Virus record (IMG/VR): IMGVR_UViG_3300021197_000351
Coordinates: 1-55,256 of that record
Direction: 5' to 3' (one strand)
Length of the DNA stretch: 55,256 nt
Source: a virus
Lineage: Duplodnaviria > Caudoviricetes
A program made the translations under genes and the position numbers. Position 1 is the first letter of the stretch, and every line of letters starts with the position of its first letter. The notes beneath the pieces were generated by a model. That model made no database searches, was not told the origin of the DNA, and worked only from the letters and a program-made list of their open reading frames with translations. This document shows, one piece after another, positions 1 to 10,200 of the stretch.

Positions 1-894
1 TCACTAGAAAAAGTTGGTGAACACGGAATACTCATTGACGAATGGACCACACTTCGCTCACGTAAAGGTGTGCTCGAAGGTTGGTTCCGTGAACTCAAAG
101 GTGGTAGACTACATGGTAGACTATGGATTGTGGGTACTCCGACATTCCGTTGTCGTCATGAAGTTATTGCTAACTTACCTGCGGTTAATGCACCGTGGGG
201 TAAAGAGCTACGTCAATGTCTTGTAGCAGAACCAGGTCGTAAGATCGTGGGTGCTGACTCAAGCGGTAACCAGTTTCGTAGTCTTGCACATTATGTTAAT
301 GATAAAAACCTGACAACTCAAATTCTGTCTGGTGATATTCATCAATACAATGCAGACATTATTGGTACTGATAGACGTACAGCTAAAACGTGGATCTATG
401 CTTTCTTGTTTGGTGCTGGACCTACTAAGCTAGGCCAAGTCCTTACAGGTAAGAAGATTGTTAAAGCTGGTAATGATTCTATCGAAAAGTATGGCGATGC
501 AATTCCAGGATTGCGTGGTCTAAAAGATAAGATCGAATCTATCTGGAAACAAACGTCTAATCATGGACCAGAAGGTTACATACCCGGTCTTGATGGTCGC
601 CGTGTTTATACACCACAACCCTACCAAACCCTTAACTACCTGCTTCAATCTTGCGAAGCTATCACTACTAAATCTGCAGTTGCATATCAGATTGCAAAGA
701 TTAAAAGTGAAGGACTTGACGCACAACCTCGACTGTACTATCATGACGAGGTAGCTTGGTCTGCATCTGAAAAAGATGCTGAGCGAGTACTAGAGATTCT
801 AACTGAATCATTTGCTGAAGGACCTAAGCAAGTTGGTGTTACTATTATGGCAGGTGAAGGATCAATTGGAGATAACTATGCAGATGTCCACTGA
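1..894 (+). CDS. Family A DNA polymerase, C-terminal polymerase domain
   Basis: Frame 1 is open from base 1. Motif A GADSSGNQFR, motif B RRTAKTWIYAFLFGAG, LNYLLQS, motif C YHDE. Confidence 0.95.
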   Translation, partial: SLEKVGEHGILIDEWTTLRSRKGVLEGWFRELKGGRLHGRLWIVGTPTFRCRHEVIANLPAVNAPWGKELRQCLVAEPGRKIVGADSSGNQFRSLAHYVNDKNLTTQILSGDIHQYNADIIGTDRRTAKTWIYAFLFGAGPTKLGQVLTGKKIVKAGNDSIEKYGDAIPGLRGLKDKIESIWKQTSNHGPEGYIPGLDGRRVYTPQPYQTLNYLLQSCEAITTKSAVAYQIAKIKSEGLDAQPRLYYHDEVAWSASEKDAERVLEILTESFAEGPKQVGVTIMAGEGSIGDNYADVH

Positions 895-1120
895 TGAATC
901 CATTGAATACCCTGGTTATATGGTTACTGCTCATCCGAAACCCGAAGGCTACGAGCCTAACGAGTGGTTTCATATGGTGAAATGTTATCATACTTCTAAG
1001 GGTCATATTATTAAAGACTGCTTAGCCTTTAGTAATCCTATTTACGATGAACCAGACAACCCGATGTATCGAAAACAAATCGATAGTATTTGGGGTGTTG
1101 AAGCTGTATGGACAATATAA
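878..1120 (+). CDS. Hypothetical protein
   Basis: ORF between pol and exonuclease; GGAG precedes ATG 878, so this start is preferred over 812. Confidence 0.6.
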   Translation: MQMSTDESIEYPGYMVTAHPKPEGYEPNEWFHMVKCYHTSKGHIIKDCLAFSNPIYDEPDNPMYRKQIDSIWGVEAVWTI

Positions 1121-1917
1121 TGAAAAATATTAACATGCTTGTAGATACAGACTCAATCTTCTTTAAGATTGCATACGGTAATACAAGTGAATCAGACATG
1201 CGCAGCAACTACGATAAGTTTTGTCGTAAGATGGAGCTAACTGTACAAGATAAACTGTGCAACCCATTTGATGAGGACGAACATTTTAATGTGCATTATG
1301 CCGTCAAGGGTAAAGATAACTTTCGTAAAGAGGTTTACCCTGAGTATAAAGCAACTCGTCCTAATCTAGACCAAGAGATCCGAGATAAACTAAACTTCTT
1401 ATTTAAGTATGCTGTTGACAAGGGCGCTCGTCCTGCTGATGGTATGGAAGCTGATGATTTAGTTTCAATCTGGGCTCATGAATCTCGGGATCACGGTGAA
1501 CAATATGTAATCTGTGGTATCGATAAAGACTTACTGCAAATACCAGGCAATCATTACAACTATGGTAAAGATACCTGGCAATTCGTTGATGATGATACTG
1601 CACATTATAACTTAATGCTGCAGTGTTTAACCGGCGATAACTCTGATAATATTCCAGGACTAAAAGGTATTGGACCAAAGAAAGCTGAGAAAATACTTAA
1701 AGGTGTACCAACTAAACGCCAATGGAACAGAGTTCGTGCAGCATGGCGTGGTCATACTGGGTCCTTAAAACAATTAGACGTTAGCCATAAGCTATTGCGG
1801 ATGCTAACATCATGGGAAGAATATGACGGTATTAGAGCACACCTTTCGAGTCAAACCTCTGTCGGCGAACAACATGACTTATCGAAACAAAGCGATAAAG
1901 CAGAGGCAGTACATTGA
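1108..1917 (+). CDS. 5'-3' exonuclease / RNase H (T7 gp6-like, FEN family)
   Basis: NFRKEVYPEYKATR, EADD, IDKDLLQIPG, GDNSDNIPGLKGIGPKKAEK motifs. Confidence 0.92.
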   Translation: MDNIMKNINMLVDTDSIFFKIAYGNTSESDMRSNYDKFCRKMELTVQDKLCNPFDEDEHFNVHYAVKGKDNFRKEVYPEYKATRPNLDQEIRDKLNFLFKYAVDKGARPADGMEADDLVSIWAHESRDHGEQYVICGIDKDLLQIPGNHYNYGKDTWQFVDDDTAHYNLMLQCLTGDNSDNIPGLKGIGPKKAEKILKGVPTKRQWNRVRAAWRGHTGSLKQLDVSHKLLRMLTSWEEYDGIRAHLSSQTSVGEQHDLSKQSDKAEAVH

Positions 1918-2245
1918 CTATCAAAACGAACTACGTGATGAAATCCGAGGGGTCGAATGGCCCTTCGGTGATGATCAAGTAGAGTTCTATATAGTAGCCG
2001 GCTTCTCAAATCGAGCGGCCGATCTTGACAACGTAATTAAACCACTCTTCGATACTTACCAAGGTATCTTTGAAGAGTTTAATGATAACAAGGTATATCA
2101 TGCAGAACTACACAAAACAATTACCCGAAAAGGAAGAGAGTTTCTCTTTGTCAGAGTGGGAAGAGTTGACCCTATTAAAATCAAAGAAGGCGAGACGCAT
2201 TCAGAACAAGCAGAACAACTCTTTGAAGCGGAAACAAACTCGTAA
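1823..2245 (+). CDS. RusA-like Holliday junction resolvase
   Basis: KPLSANN at the N-terminus, DLDNVIKPLFD and NDNKV acidic catalytic pattern; lies in the replication module. Confidence 0.75.
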   Translation: MTVLEHTFRVKPLSANNMTYRNKAIKQRQYIDYQNELRDEIRGVEWPFGDDQVEFYIVAGFSNRAADLDNVIKPLFDTYQGIFEEFNDNKVYHAELHKTITRKGREFLFVRVGRVDPIKIKEGETHSEQAEQLFEAETNS

Positions 2246-2263
2246 AGCTAAAGAAGAAAGGCT

Positions 2264-3889
2264 TTGGAAATGACAAGATATGTACAAACAGAATGCCCCA
2301 AGTGTGATTCATCAGATGCGTTTACAATCTATGATGATGGTGCACACTGTTTTTCCTGCAACTATTCAACTAAGAAAGTTAGTAAAGAAATGAATGATTT
2401 CAATGCTATAACTACAACAACCTCATCTAATAGTTTAGATGAAATCGCAGAGCTCAATAGCTTTCCGATTACTAGTCGGGGTATTAGCAAAGCTGTTGTC
2501 GACCACTTCGGTATTAAGATGGCAGTAAACCCAGACGGTTCTGGAGGTTCTCACTTCTATCCGTACACACGTGACGGTAAGGTTGTAGCCTACAAAGAAC
2601 GTAAACTACCAAAGGATTTTCGTATTCATGGCGACTTCTCAAAGACTGAACTATTCGGCCAGGCGGCTAGCTCGGGTGGTAAGTCCTTGGTCATTACTGA
2701 GGGCGAACTCGATGCGTGCGCAGTGGCGCAGGCCTTCTATGATAAATACAACCGAATCTTTCCGGTCGTATCAATTCCCTCTGCTACCGGTACAAAGGTA
2801 TTACTGGAGCAGCTTGAGTTCATCCGGAGGTTTGAGTCTGTCGTATTATTCTTCGATTCCGATGAAGCCGGTCAAGCCGCTGTGGAACGGGCCGCAAAGA
2901 TTATCGGCGCAGGTCGAGCTAAAGTGGCTCGGCTCATGGCGAAAGACCCATGCGAAGAACTGGTTACTAACGGATCCGCTAAAATTCTACAGGCTTATTG
3001 GGATGCGCAGACGTGGTCTCCAGCAGGTATCGTGGTCGGTGAACCGATCTGGGATCAGTTTAAGGAACGCCAAGCAGTCGAAAGTATTCCATACCCTCAC
3101 TGCTTAGAGGGTCTCAACGATAAACTAAATGGTATTAGACATGGCGAAATTACTTTATTTACTTCTGGCACTGGCAGCGGTAAGTCTACTGTCATTAAAG
3201 AAATCGCTCTTGACCTTCTTGCTAAAACAAACGATAAGGTTGGACTTGTATCTCTCGAAGAAAGTGTTGGTGATACTGCAGAAAAGTTTATTGGTATGGC
3301 ACTCGAGCGATCTAGTATGGACCTTAAGAATCAATCAGACGCAGAGCTACGCGCTGGGTTTGAAAAAGTTTTCAAGGATGAAAGGCTTGTACTACTTGAC
3401 CATCAAGGATCTTGTTCCGATACTTCGCTATTAGATAAGATCGAATACATGGCACTCATGGGTTGCAAGTATCTTATCCTTGACCACATTACCATTGCAG
3501 TATCTGAAGGTGCTGAAGGGTTGGGTGGCAACGAAGCTGTGGACAAACTCATGAGTGACTTACTTAAGATAGTAAAGAAACATAACATCTGGCTGGGACT
3601 CATATCGCATTTGCGTAAAGCCCCAGGAGGTGGTAGATCCTTTGAGGAGGGTAACCTTGCGTCAATCGATGACATCAAAGGCAGTGGCTCGATCAAGCAG
3701 ATCTCGTTCGACATCATTGCCTTTGCACGAAACCTGGTATCAGACGACGATGCCGAACGAAACACAATCAAGTTCAGAGTACTCAAGTCAAGATTCACGG
3801 GAAAAACCGGATCAGCTGGAGCTGCTTCTTACAGTCCCGAAACTGGGAGATTAACTTATACACTGGACGAAATGTTTACGAGTATATAA
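2264..3889 (+). CDS. Primase-helicase (T7 gp4-like)
   Basis: Zn finger CPKC...CFSC, TOPRIM ITEGELDA and FDSDEAG, Walker A SGTGSGKS, ILDHI, DIKGSGSIKQ, KSRFTG. Confidence 0.96.
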   Translation: MEMTRYVQTECPKCDSSDAFTIYDDGAHCFSCNYSTKKVSKEMNDFNAITTTTSSNSLDEIAELNSFPITSRGISKAVVDHFGIKMAVNPDGSGGSHFYPYTRDGKVVAYKERKLPKDFRIHGDFSKTELFGQAASSGGKSLVITEGELDACAVAQAFYDKYNRIFPVVSIPSATGTKVLLEQLEFIRRFESVVLFFDSDEAGQAAVERAAKIIGAGRAKVARLMAKDPCEELVTNGSAKILQAYWDAQTWSPAGIVVGEPIWDQFKERQAVESIPYPHCLEGLNDKLNGIRHGEITLFTSGTGSGKSTVIKEIALDLLAKTNDKVGLVSLEESVGDTAEKFIGMALERSSMDLKNQSDAELRAGFEKVFKDERLVLLDHQGSCSDTSLLDKIEYMALMGCKYLILDHITIAVSEGAEGLGGNEAVDKLMSDLLKIVKKHNIWLGLISHLRKAPGGGRSFEEGNLASIDDIKGSGSIKQISFDIIAFARNLVSDDDAERNTIKFRVLKSRFTGKTGSAGAASYSPETGRLTYTLDEMFTSI

Positions 3890-4344
3890 TGCCAGATCAA
3901 AACAGACTGGACAGTCTCTTCATTGATATTGCGCATCGTGTCTCTCACATGAGTCACGATGTCGATACTAAAGTAGGTGCGGTGATTGTCAAAGACGGTA
4001 ACATACTTAGCATGGGTTACAATGGTATGCCTTCAGGTATGGACAACGATTGTAAGACAACCAATGGTGGTACTAAGGCTGAGGTAATTCATGCCGAAGC
4101 TAACGCCATATGCAAACTAGCCAAGAGCACGGGGTGTTCAGAGGGTGCAACACTTTATTGTACCCTTGCCCCTTGTGTTGAATGTGCAAAGCTAATACTG
4201 CAAAGTGGTATTAGTCGGGTAGTATTTTCTGATGCATATAAAGATGAAGCAGGAACACTACTACTAATTCAGAAAATTAAAGTAGATAGGACAACGTATG
4301 CAAGCACAACTCCAATACCTAACGGAGAAGATAAGAAAAGCTAA
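3889..4344 (+). CDS. dCMP deaminase
   Basis: KVGAVIV, GYNG, HAEANAI, PCVEC zinc-deaminase motifs. Confidence 0.93.
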   Translation: MPDQNRLDSLFIDIAHRVSHMSHDVDTKVGAVIVKDGNILSMGYNGMPSGMDNDCKTTNGGTKAEVIHAEANAICKLAKSTGCSEGATLYCTLAPCVECAKLILQSGISRVVFSDAYKDEAGTLLLIQKIKVDRTTYASTTPIPNGEDKKS

Positions 4345-6490
4345 AGCTCACATTGCTTGTAGTCTGCTAAAACTAACATCTGACGCAGACCTCGAGGCTT
4401 ACCTCGTGTTTACTATGGATACTATCCAGCAACACTTTACTCGTAACAGTATACGTGGAAATAAATCATACCAAGGTGAAGCCAATCTTACTCATTTAAG
4501 TACGACCATTGGCGAATATATTCTCGATGATATTAAATATTATCATGATGACCAACCACCGTGGGAATGGTTTAAGCTACGTGTAATGATGGGTGACTTG
4601 TTGCTGGAAGCGTTTTACCAAACACACCAGATTAATATCGGCAAAAATAAAGATGATTCTTTTGTACCGATGGAAAGCCTGGACCGAGGATTAAAGAGAA
4701 GTCGCACACACTATATCGTTGTACCAGAACTATGGAATCTAATAGTACCTGAAGGTTCTAAAGATTTGTTAGCTGGTACAACCTTTAATAAGCCTGAAGA
4801 TATTTCACAACTCATGCAACCTACTGACCGACCGATAATAAAAGGTTGGACTGAACAAAGGAGTGGTGAGTTTAACCAGTATCTTTACCGCGACTTTATT
4901 AAAAGCATGAATATTCTACAGCAAACTCCGTGGAAAATCAATACACAAATTCGTGATATTCTTTTGCGTAATCGTGAAAAGATTATCGATCAACATAAAC
5001 ACCTTCCCAAAAAGTATAAGTCTAAGATCATAGAGTTCGACCTAACAATGGCACGGTCCGCACTTATCGAAGACAATACTTTCTATCAGTATACTGAGGC
5101 TGACTATCGTGGTCGCCTTTACTACACGACACCATTTTTAAACTTTCAAAGTAATGATATTGCCCGAGGACAAATGTTATTTGCTAACGGTAAACTCATG
5201 ACTGAAGAAGGCCTTCGCAGATTAAAGATACATATCGCTAGCTGCTACAATCAAACTTATCATCGTGATGAGTTACCTGATTGGATTACAGCAGACTACT
5301 TATCGTATCTTAAAGATGAAGGACTAGATGATATATCAGTTGACAAGATGACACTGATAGATCGTGAAGCATGGACTGATAACAATATCGATATGCTAAT
5401 GTCAATTGCAGCTGAAGAGCGTATTGAACTAGCAGCTGAAAAACCTATTACACTTCTCGCTTGTGTACTAGAAATTTACAATGCCATTAATAGCGAGGGC
5501 GAATATTATACTTACTTACCAATCCCAGTAGATGGTAGCAACAACGGGTGGCAACATCTGTGTGCTATGTCTAAAGACAAAGAAGCTGGTGAACTTGTAG
5601 GAGTAGTTCCTCAAGAGATCCAGAAAGACTTCTATGTACAGTGTGCTAAGAATCTTATTACAAGATTACCGGAGTGGTTCGACGAGCGCCAGATGCCCAT
5701 GAAACATATACGTAAGGGTATCGCTAAGCGTGGATCAATGACCCGAGCATATAGTGCAGGCGCATCTAAGATAGCTGAGAACATGTATCTTGATTGTCAC
5801 GTTGAGGGGTACTTAGATAGGTATAATATTACTGAAGAAGATTGTCGACTGCTTGCTAAGCATCTTGTTAAGTCAATTGATGAGGTATGCGCAGGTCCAC
5901 TACAGACTATGAAGTTTCTACAAAAGATAGCTGAAGCTGAAATTGCTTCGGACTATGCTAAAGAAACTCAGCAGAAATCTATTAGATGGACTACGCCTTC
6001 CGGCTTTCCAGTTATCTACGAAGCATTTATAGATAACGAGTTTAAAGAGAAAGCAACTATCAGTTGTACTGAGCGAAAGGTTAAACCGGTGATTCGTAAG
6101 GAAGATGGTACTGAAGAAGAAACAGATACCATTCGTATCCAGCATGTAGGTAAAGAAGCTACAGACAAACCAAAGATACGTTCCTTTATGTCAGGCATCT
6201 CACCAAACTTTGTACACTCAATGGATGCTGCACACATGGCTGCAGTAATTAAAGAATGGGGCAGTGACTTCGGTGCTGTTCATGATTCATTCAGTGTACA
6301 TGCGTGTGATGTTGACGACCTACTTCAAATCATTAAGGATAAGTTTGTAAGCATGTATAACTATCCCAATTACTTTGATGTAATTGAGCACATGCTTATT
6401 ACTAATCCAGATAACTTTAACTATACACAACCAAGCCTCGGAAGCTTGGAGATAAGAGAGGTGCAAGACAGTGACTACTTCTTCGCGTAA
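4298..6490 (+). CDS. T7-type single-subunit RNA polymerase (730 aa; putative late RNAP)
   Basis: DYRGRLY, motif A DGSNNGWQH, motif B RKGIAKRGSMTRAYSAG, WTTPSGF, SPNFVHSMDAAH, motif C VHDSF. Confidence 0.96.
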   Translation: MQAQLQYLTEKIRKAKAHIACSLLKLTSDADLEAYLVFTMDTIQQHFTRNSIRGNKSYQGEANLTHLSTTIGEYILDDIKYYHDDQPPWEWFKLRVMMGDLLLEAFYQTHQINIGKNKDDSFVPMESLDRGLKRSRTHYIVVPELWNLIVPEGSKDLLAGTTFNKPEDISQLMQPTDRPIIKGWTEQRSGEFNQYLYRDFIKSMNILQQTPWKINTQIRDILLRNREKIIDQHKHLPKKYKSKIIEFDLTMARSALIEDNTFYQYTEADYRGRLYYTTPFLNFQSNDIARGQMLFANGKLMTEEGLRRLKIHIASCYNQTYHRDELPDWITADYLSYLKDEGLDDISVDKMTLIDREAWTDNNIDMLMSIAAEERIELAAEKPITLLACVLEIYNAINSEGEYYTYLPIPVDGSNNGWQHLCAMSKDKEAGELVGVVPQEIQKDFYVQCAKNLITRLPEWFDERQMPMKHIRKGIAKRGSMTRAYSAGASKIAENMYLDCHVEGYLDRYNITEEDCRLLAKHLVKSIDEVCAGPLQTMKFLQKIAEAEIASDYAKETQQKSIRWTTPSGFPVIYEAFIDNEFKEKATISCTERKVKPVIRKEDGTEEETDTIRIQHVGKEATDKPKIRSFMSGISPNFVHSMDAAHMAAVIKEWGSDFGAVHDSFSVHACDVDDLLQIIKDKFVSMYNYPNYFDVIEHMLITNPDNFNYTQPSLGSLEIREVQDSDYFFA

Positions 6491-6728
6491 AAAATCGGGT
6501 ATCCTCCCGGTTCGACTGGGGCTAGAACCAGATAACAAGACAGCACTAGAGGAGCTAGGGATCGATGTATCCTTAGCTGACTCTATGTCTGATAGACAAT
6601 TAGATGAATATATTATTGAACAAGAATATAACCGCGTAAAAGAATACTACGCTAACAAAGGAGAAGATGGTGAACAATATGCAGCCGACTGGCGAAGAGA
6701 AGCCCTCCGTAAAATCGACGCTGACTAA
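6471..6728 (+). CDS. Hypothetical protein
   Basis: 85-aa ORF overlapping the RNAP stop, same strand. Confidence 0.6.
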   Translation: MTTSSRKKSGILPVRLGLEPDNKTALEELGIDVSLADSMSDRQLDEYIIEQEYNRVKEYYANKGEDGEQYAADWRREALRKIDAD

Positions 6729-6829
6729 CTTTATAGCAGCACCTTTTATGATAGCAGCATGGTGTTGCTTATGGATTGCTACTTTAATTACCGGTAATTC
6801 TCACTTTCTAATTGAGGTGGAAGAGGTAG

Positions 6830-6958
6830 ATGATTGAAGGTGACTTACCAAATTGGTGGCAATGGTGGTTAATAATAGCGATAACTATAAACACTTTAAT
6901 TAATGTAACCGTCTTCTTTGTAGGACGTAAGTTTAAAAGTAATAAGGAATCTAAATGA
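6830..6958 (+). CDS. Small membrane protein (42 aa)
   Basis: Read by eye: MIEGDLPNWWQWWLIIAITINTLINVTVFFVGRKFKSNKESK. GAGG upstream, ATGA coupling to the next gene. Confidence 0.6.
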   Translation: MIEGDLPNWWQWWLIIAITINTLINVTVFFVGRKFKSNKESK

Positions 6959-7158
6959 AAGATCAATTGATTAAAGCCGTGCGTATGCACGCAGAAGGTG
7001 AACTTGAAAGAGCTAAGACAAACATTATGGTTTATATGAACAATAGTGTAGGCATCGGTGAACACAGCGATATTGTAGAAGCTGTCCAAGAAGAACTAGA
7101 TAAGATGGCGCAAGCTGATGATCGACTGCAAATGATTCAAGCTTACTTTATAAAATAA
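6955..7158 (+). CDS. Small helical hypothetical phage protein
   Basis: 67-aa ORF with AAGGA RBS and a VGIGEHSDIVEA motif. Confidence 0.7.
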   Translation: MKDQLIKAVRMHAEGELERAKTNIMVYMNNSVGIGEHSDIVEAVQEELDKMAQADDRLQMIQAYFIK

Positions 7159-7210
7159 AAAATCCCCCTGAGTATACCGTAATGGTACGCTCAGGGGGTT
7201 TATTTTTTTT
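7157..7210. terminator. Bidirectional intrinsic terminator between the two convergent genome arms
   Basis: CCCCTGAG...CTCAGGGG stem with an A-run on the left and a T-run on the right. Confidence 0.85.
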
Positions 7211-7235
7211 CTGTAACCTTAGGAACTACATGCTG

Positions 7236-10200
7236 TTAAAGATCCATCTGTGTAAGGCTCTTATCAACTTGCGATAATACTTCTCGTTTATCTCTAGCAG
7301 TTACTGCAACCGCTTGTTTGTTTCTTTGACTAAGGTTCATAGTATTCTTAAGTGTCATAAGAATTCTTTGGATCTGACGCTTAGTAAATACTGTATTATC
7401 TACATCGATTCCCATATCAGCTAAGTCGTTTTCAAATTGAATAGCAGCTTGTTCACCCGCTACTTGAAGCTGGGCTGTGTACTGATCAATAGAAGTTCCC
7501 GGCGTCTTTGCTTTATGTTGAAGTGTCTTAGCTAGAAACTTACTTAAGACAAGATCGCCTTGCTTAGTGCGGGACAGTAGATATGCAAGTCCTCGGTACG
7601 GTCCATCTTCATCCAAGTTTACTTTCTCATTAGGGTCTGGAAGAGGGGCTGCAATCTTCTTCATGGTATCATCAAACCATGTACCAGCAACTTCCTCTAC
7701 ATAGCTGTGATCACGAATACCTTCGAACCAATTCTTGTTTGCTTCACGACGTACAGCAGCAAAGCTACCAAGGTCGGTAACAAACGCATCAAAGATAGGT
7801 AGGACAAATGGTTTACCCTTAGCGGCTTGACTAATTCGTTCCCACGATTGACCTGATCCTGTCCTAGCAATCATATTACCGTCATAAGACTGCACTGAAA
7901 CGGGAATGATTCTGCCTAACGTCCAGCCACCTGGTCCTAACTCCGCTCGTTCAGCGGAACCTTCTGCTTGTTCTTTATAGAATTGAACAGCAACTTTCTT
8001 ACGACCACCTTCTTGATCCTTAAATTCAAAAGAGCTGGAGGTTGTAAGCTCAGGTACCATTTGTTTACCAGCAGCATAACTACGGAAACCCATAGCATTA
8101 TCGAAGTAAAGCACCTCGTTACTGGCCATTGACATAACTGCGTTTGCTTTAAGCAGTCTACCCATAGCCACAACCTTTGGGTCCATGATTTCAAAGATCG
8201 AATCAACCAGCATTGTATGAAGAAAGTTTACAGTATCCTCAAGATTAATCTCACCAGCTACTGCTTCTTTCTTAATAGCCGCTGCTTCTGGTCCAGAGTA
8301 AACTGTAGTTTCCACATGTTGTTTAAGTGATGGTATTTCCTGACCATAACCCATAGTCATAGGTGACTTCTTAAGGAAGTTAGCCCTATCTTTAATTGCA
8401 AGGTTAAGGATGTTTGTAAAATAAGAAATCTGGTTAGCCGGATAAAGGGTACCAGCATAAGTACCAACAGTAGCCTGCATGTTTTCGCCCATAGCTTTTC
8501 GTGAATCAAGCCAATCTGTATTAGAAAAGTCTTGAGTTACGATAAGTCCTGTACGCTTGGCCATAGAAGATACACCAAGAATAGCAGCATTAGTAGCAGG
8601 TCCATGTGTTTTACCATCCATCTCAGCAGTGATTGTTGTTGAGAACTGTGCACCATCTTTACGAGCAGCATCATAGTTAGCCACTTCAATAAACAGGTTT
8701 GCAAACATTGGACCTTCGTCACCGTGCTTAGCTAGCTCGGCTTTCAGGTTTGCATCTAGTGGATCATTACTAAAGCGCTTTACAATATCCTGTTTGATAC
8801 CTCGCACCGCATCAGGTGATTGCGCTTTACGAATAGCTTCAATCGCCTGCTTTGCGCCATTAATATCAAAGCTATCGCGTGCCTGCTTAAGTTGATTACC
8901 CCAAGCTACAAACTGATTCCACTGATCATTGCCTATTGTCCGGTCAAATGTAGCCAGGCGTTCCTGAGTTGACAGCTCCGTACCCTTAAATACTTTACCA
9001 TCTTTTTCAGCGGACAGTAACAAACCTGAAACAATTTCTTTCCAAGCTGCTTCAACTTCACCACCAGTATTTGGCTTCCACTTATAAACATTTCCACCTC
9101 CTACAATAAACCTTAGGAACTTATGTGCCGCGGGATTATAAAGTGTTTGTTGTACATGAGTACGCCCAGTCAAAGACTGCATTGAAAACGTAAGATGATT
9201 AACTTCATTTGAATATTCTGCAGCAGCTCCCGCCACATTCAAAAACTTTTCACGGTTTGCTTGCAAAATCTTTTGAGGGTTGTATGCTTCTGCTTCTTTT
9301 ATAGCAGCAGCCCTAGCATCGGGGAATGGTATACGCATAGCGGTATCCATCATGCGTTGCTTTTCACCTTCAAGTTCATTCAACTTATCTAATCCAACAC
9401 CATACATTCCAGCATAGGTTTGATTATCAGGGTTGTTGGTATTGATTAGACCTAACATACCAAACATAAACGCCAGTCGCTCACGACCTGCATCATTTAC
9501 ATATGGAACACTATGATAGTTAGCCATTGATTCCTGAACCAGCGACCAGTCTTTTAGATCACCAACCTTTGTAGTAACCGGACGAACCCTCATGCGGCCT
9601 TCGAACACAGGCTGAGCTGTTTCTGATACACCTTTAAGTGGTTTAACTTCAGGCTGCGCCATTAAACCTTTAAAGTCTTCGTTCAATCTATCTAGTTCAA
9701 GTGCACCCTCTGGTGTCATTTGGTAATAGACTTGGCCACCTGAATCCACTTCACGCGTATCTCGATATACCATATCAGGATTCGCACGAGCATAAGTCTC
9801 TTTTGCAAGATCACCCAGGAAAGTAAATGTTTCAGGTGAAATCTCGTCAATGTTTTGTAAGTAATCATCTGTTGGTCTACCTTCATTTACTGCACGCTGA
9901 CGTTTGTATGCCATAAAAATTTCACGGCCAAGACCCTGATTACCAGAAGCCTTAGTAAATCGTTGACCACCTTGTTGTCCTGGTACATAATCACCAGGTA
10001 TGCCAGTCTCTTCATCAATCTTACCGGCCATTTCAGTAGCGGCATCCATTTGCTGGTGCATCCACGCTTCAGTTGTAAGAGACATAACCCTACCAAAGTC
10101 TGGGTCAACTGACATACGCCCAGTCTCTTCATCATATTTACCAGCATCAAGCATGCGAGGATCATATAGTAAAGACTGAACACCTACATTAACTGTTGAA

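Noticed and set aside
1-894. Split or truncated DNA polymerase (intron or pseudogene)
   Set aside because: The missing N-terminal half is at the other end of the window and joins in frame; this is a linearisation artefact.
2620-3080. Apparently GC-richer segment inside the primase-helicase suggesting recent recombination
   Set aside because: Visual impression only, not quantified; the reading frame and motifs are uninterrupted.
6718-6836. Hydrophobic ORF possibly starting at ACG after the 6471-6728 gene
   Set aside because: No canonical start at the expected position; a real small gene cannot be distinguished from chance.
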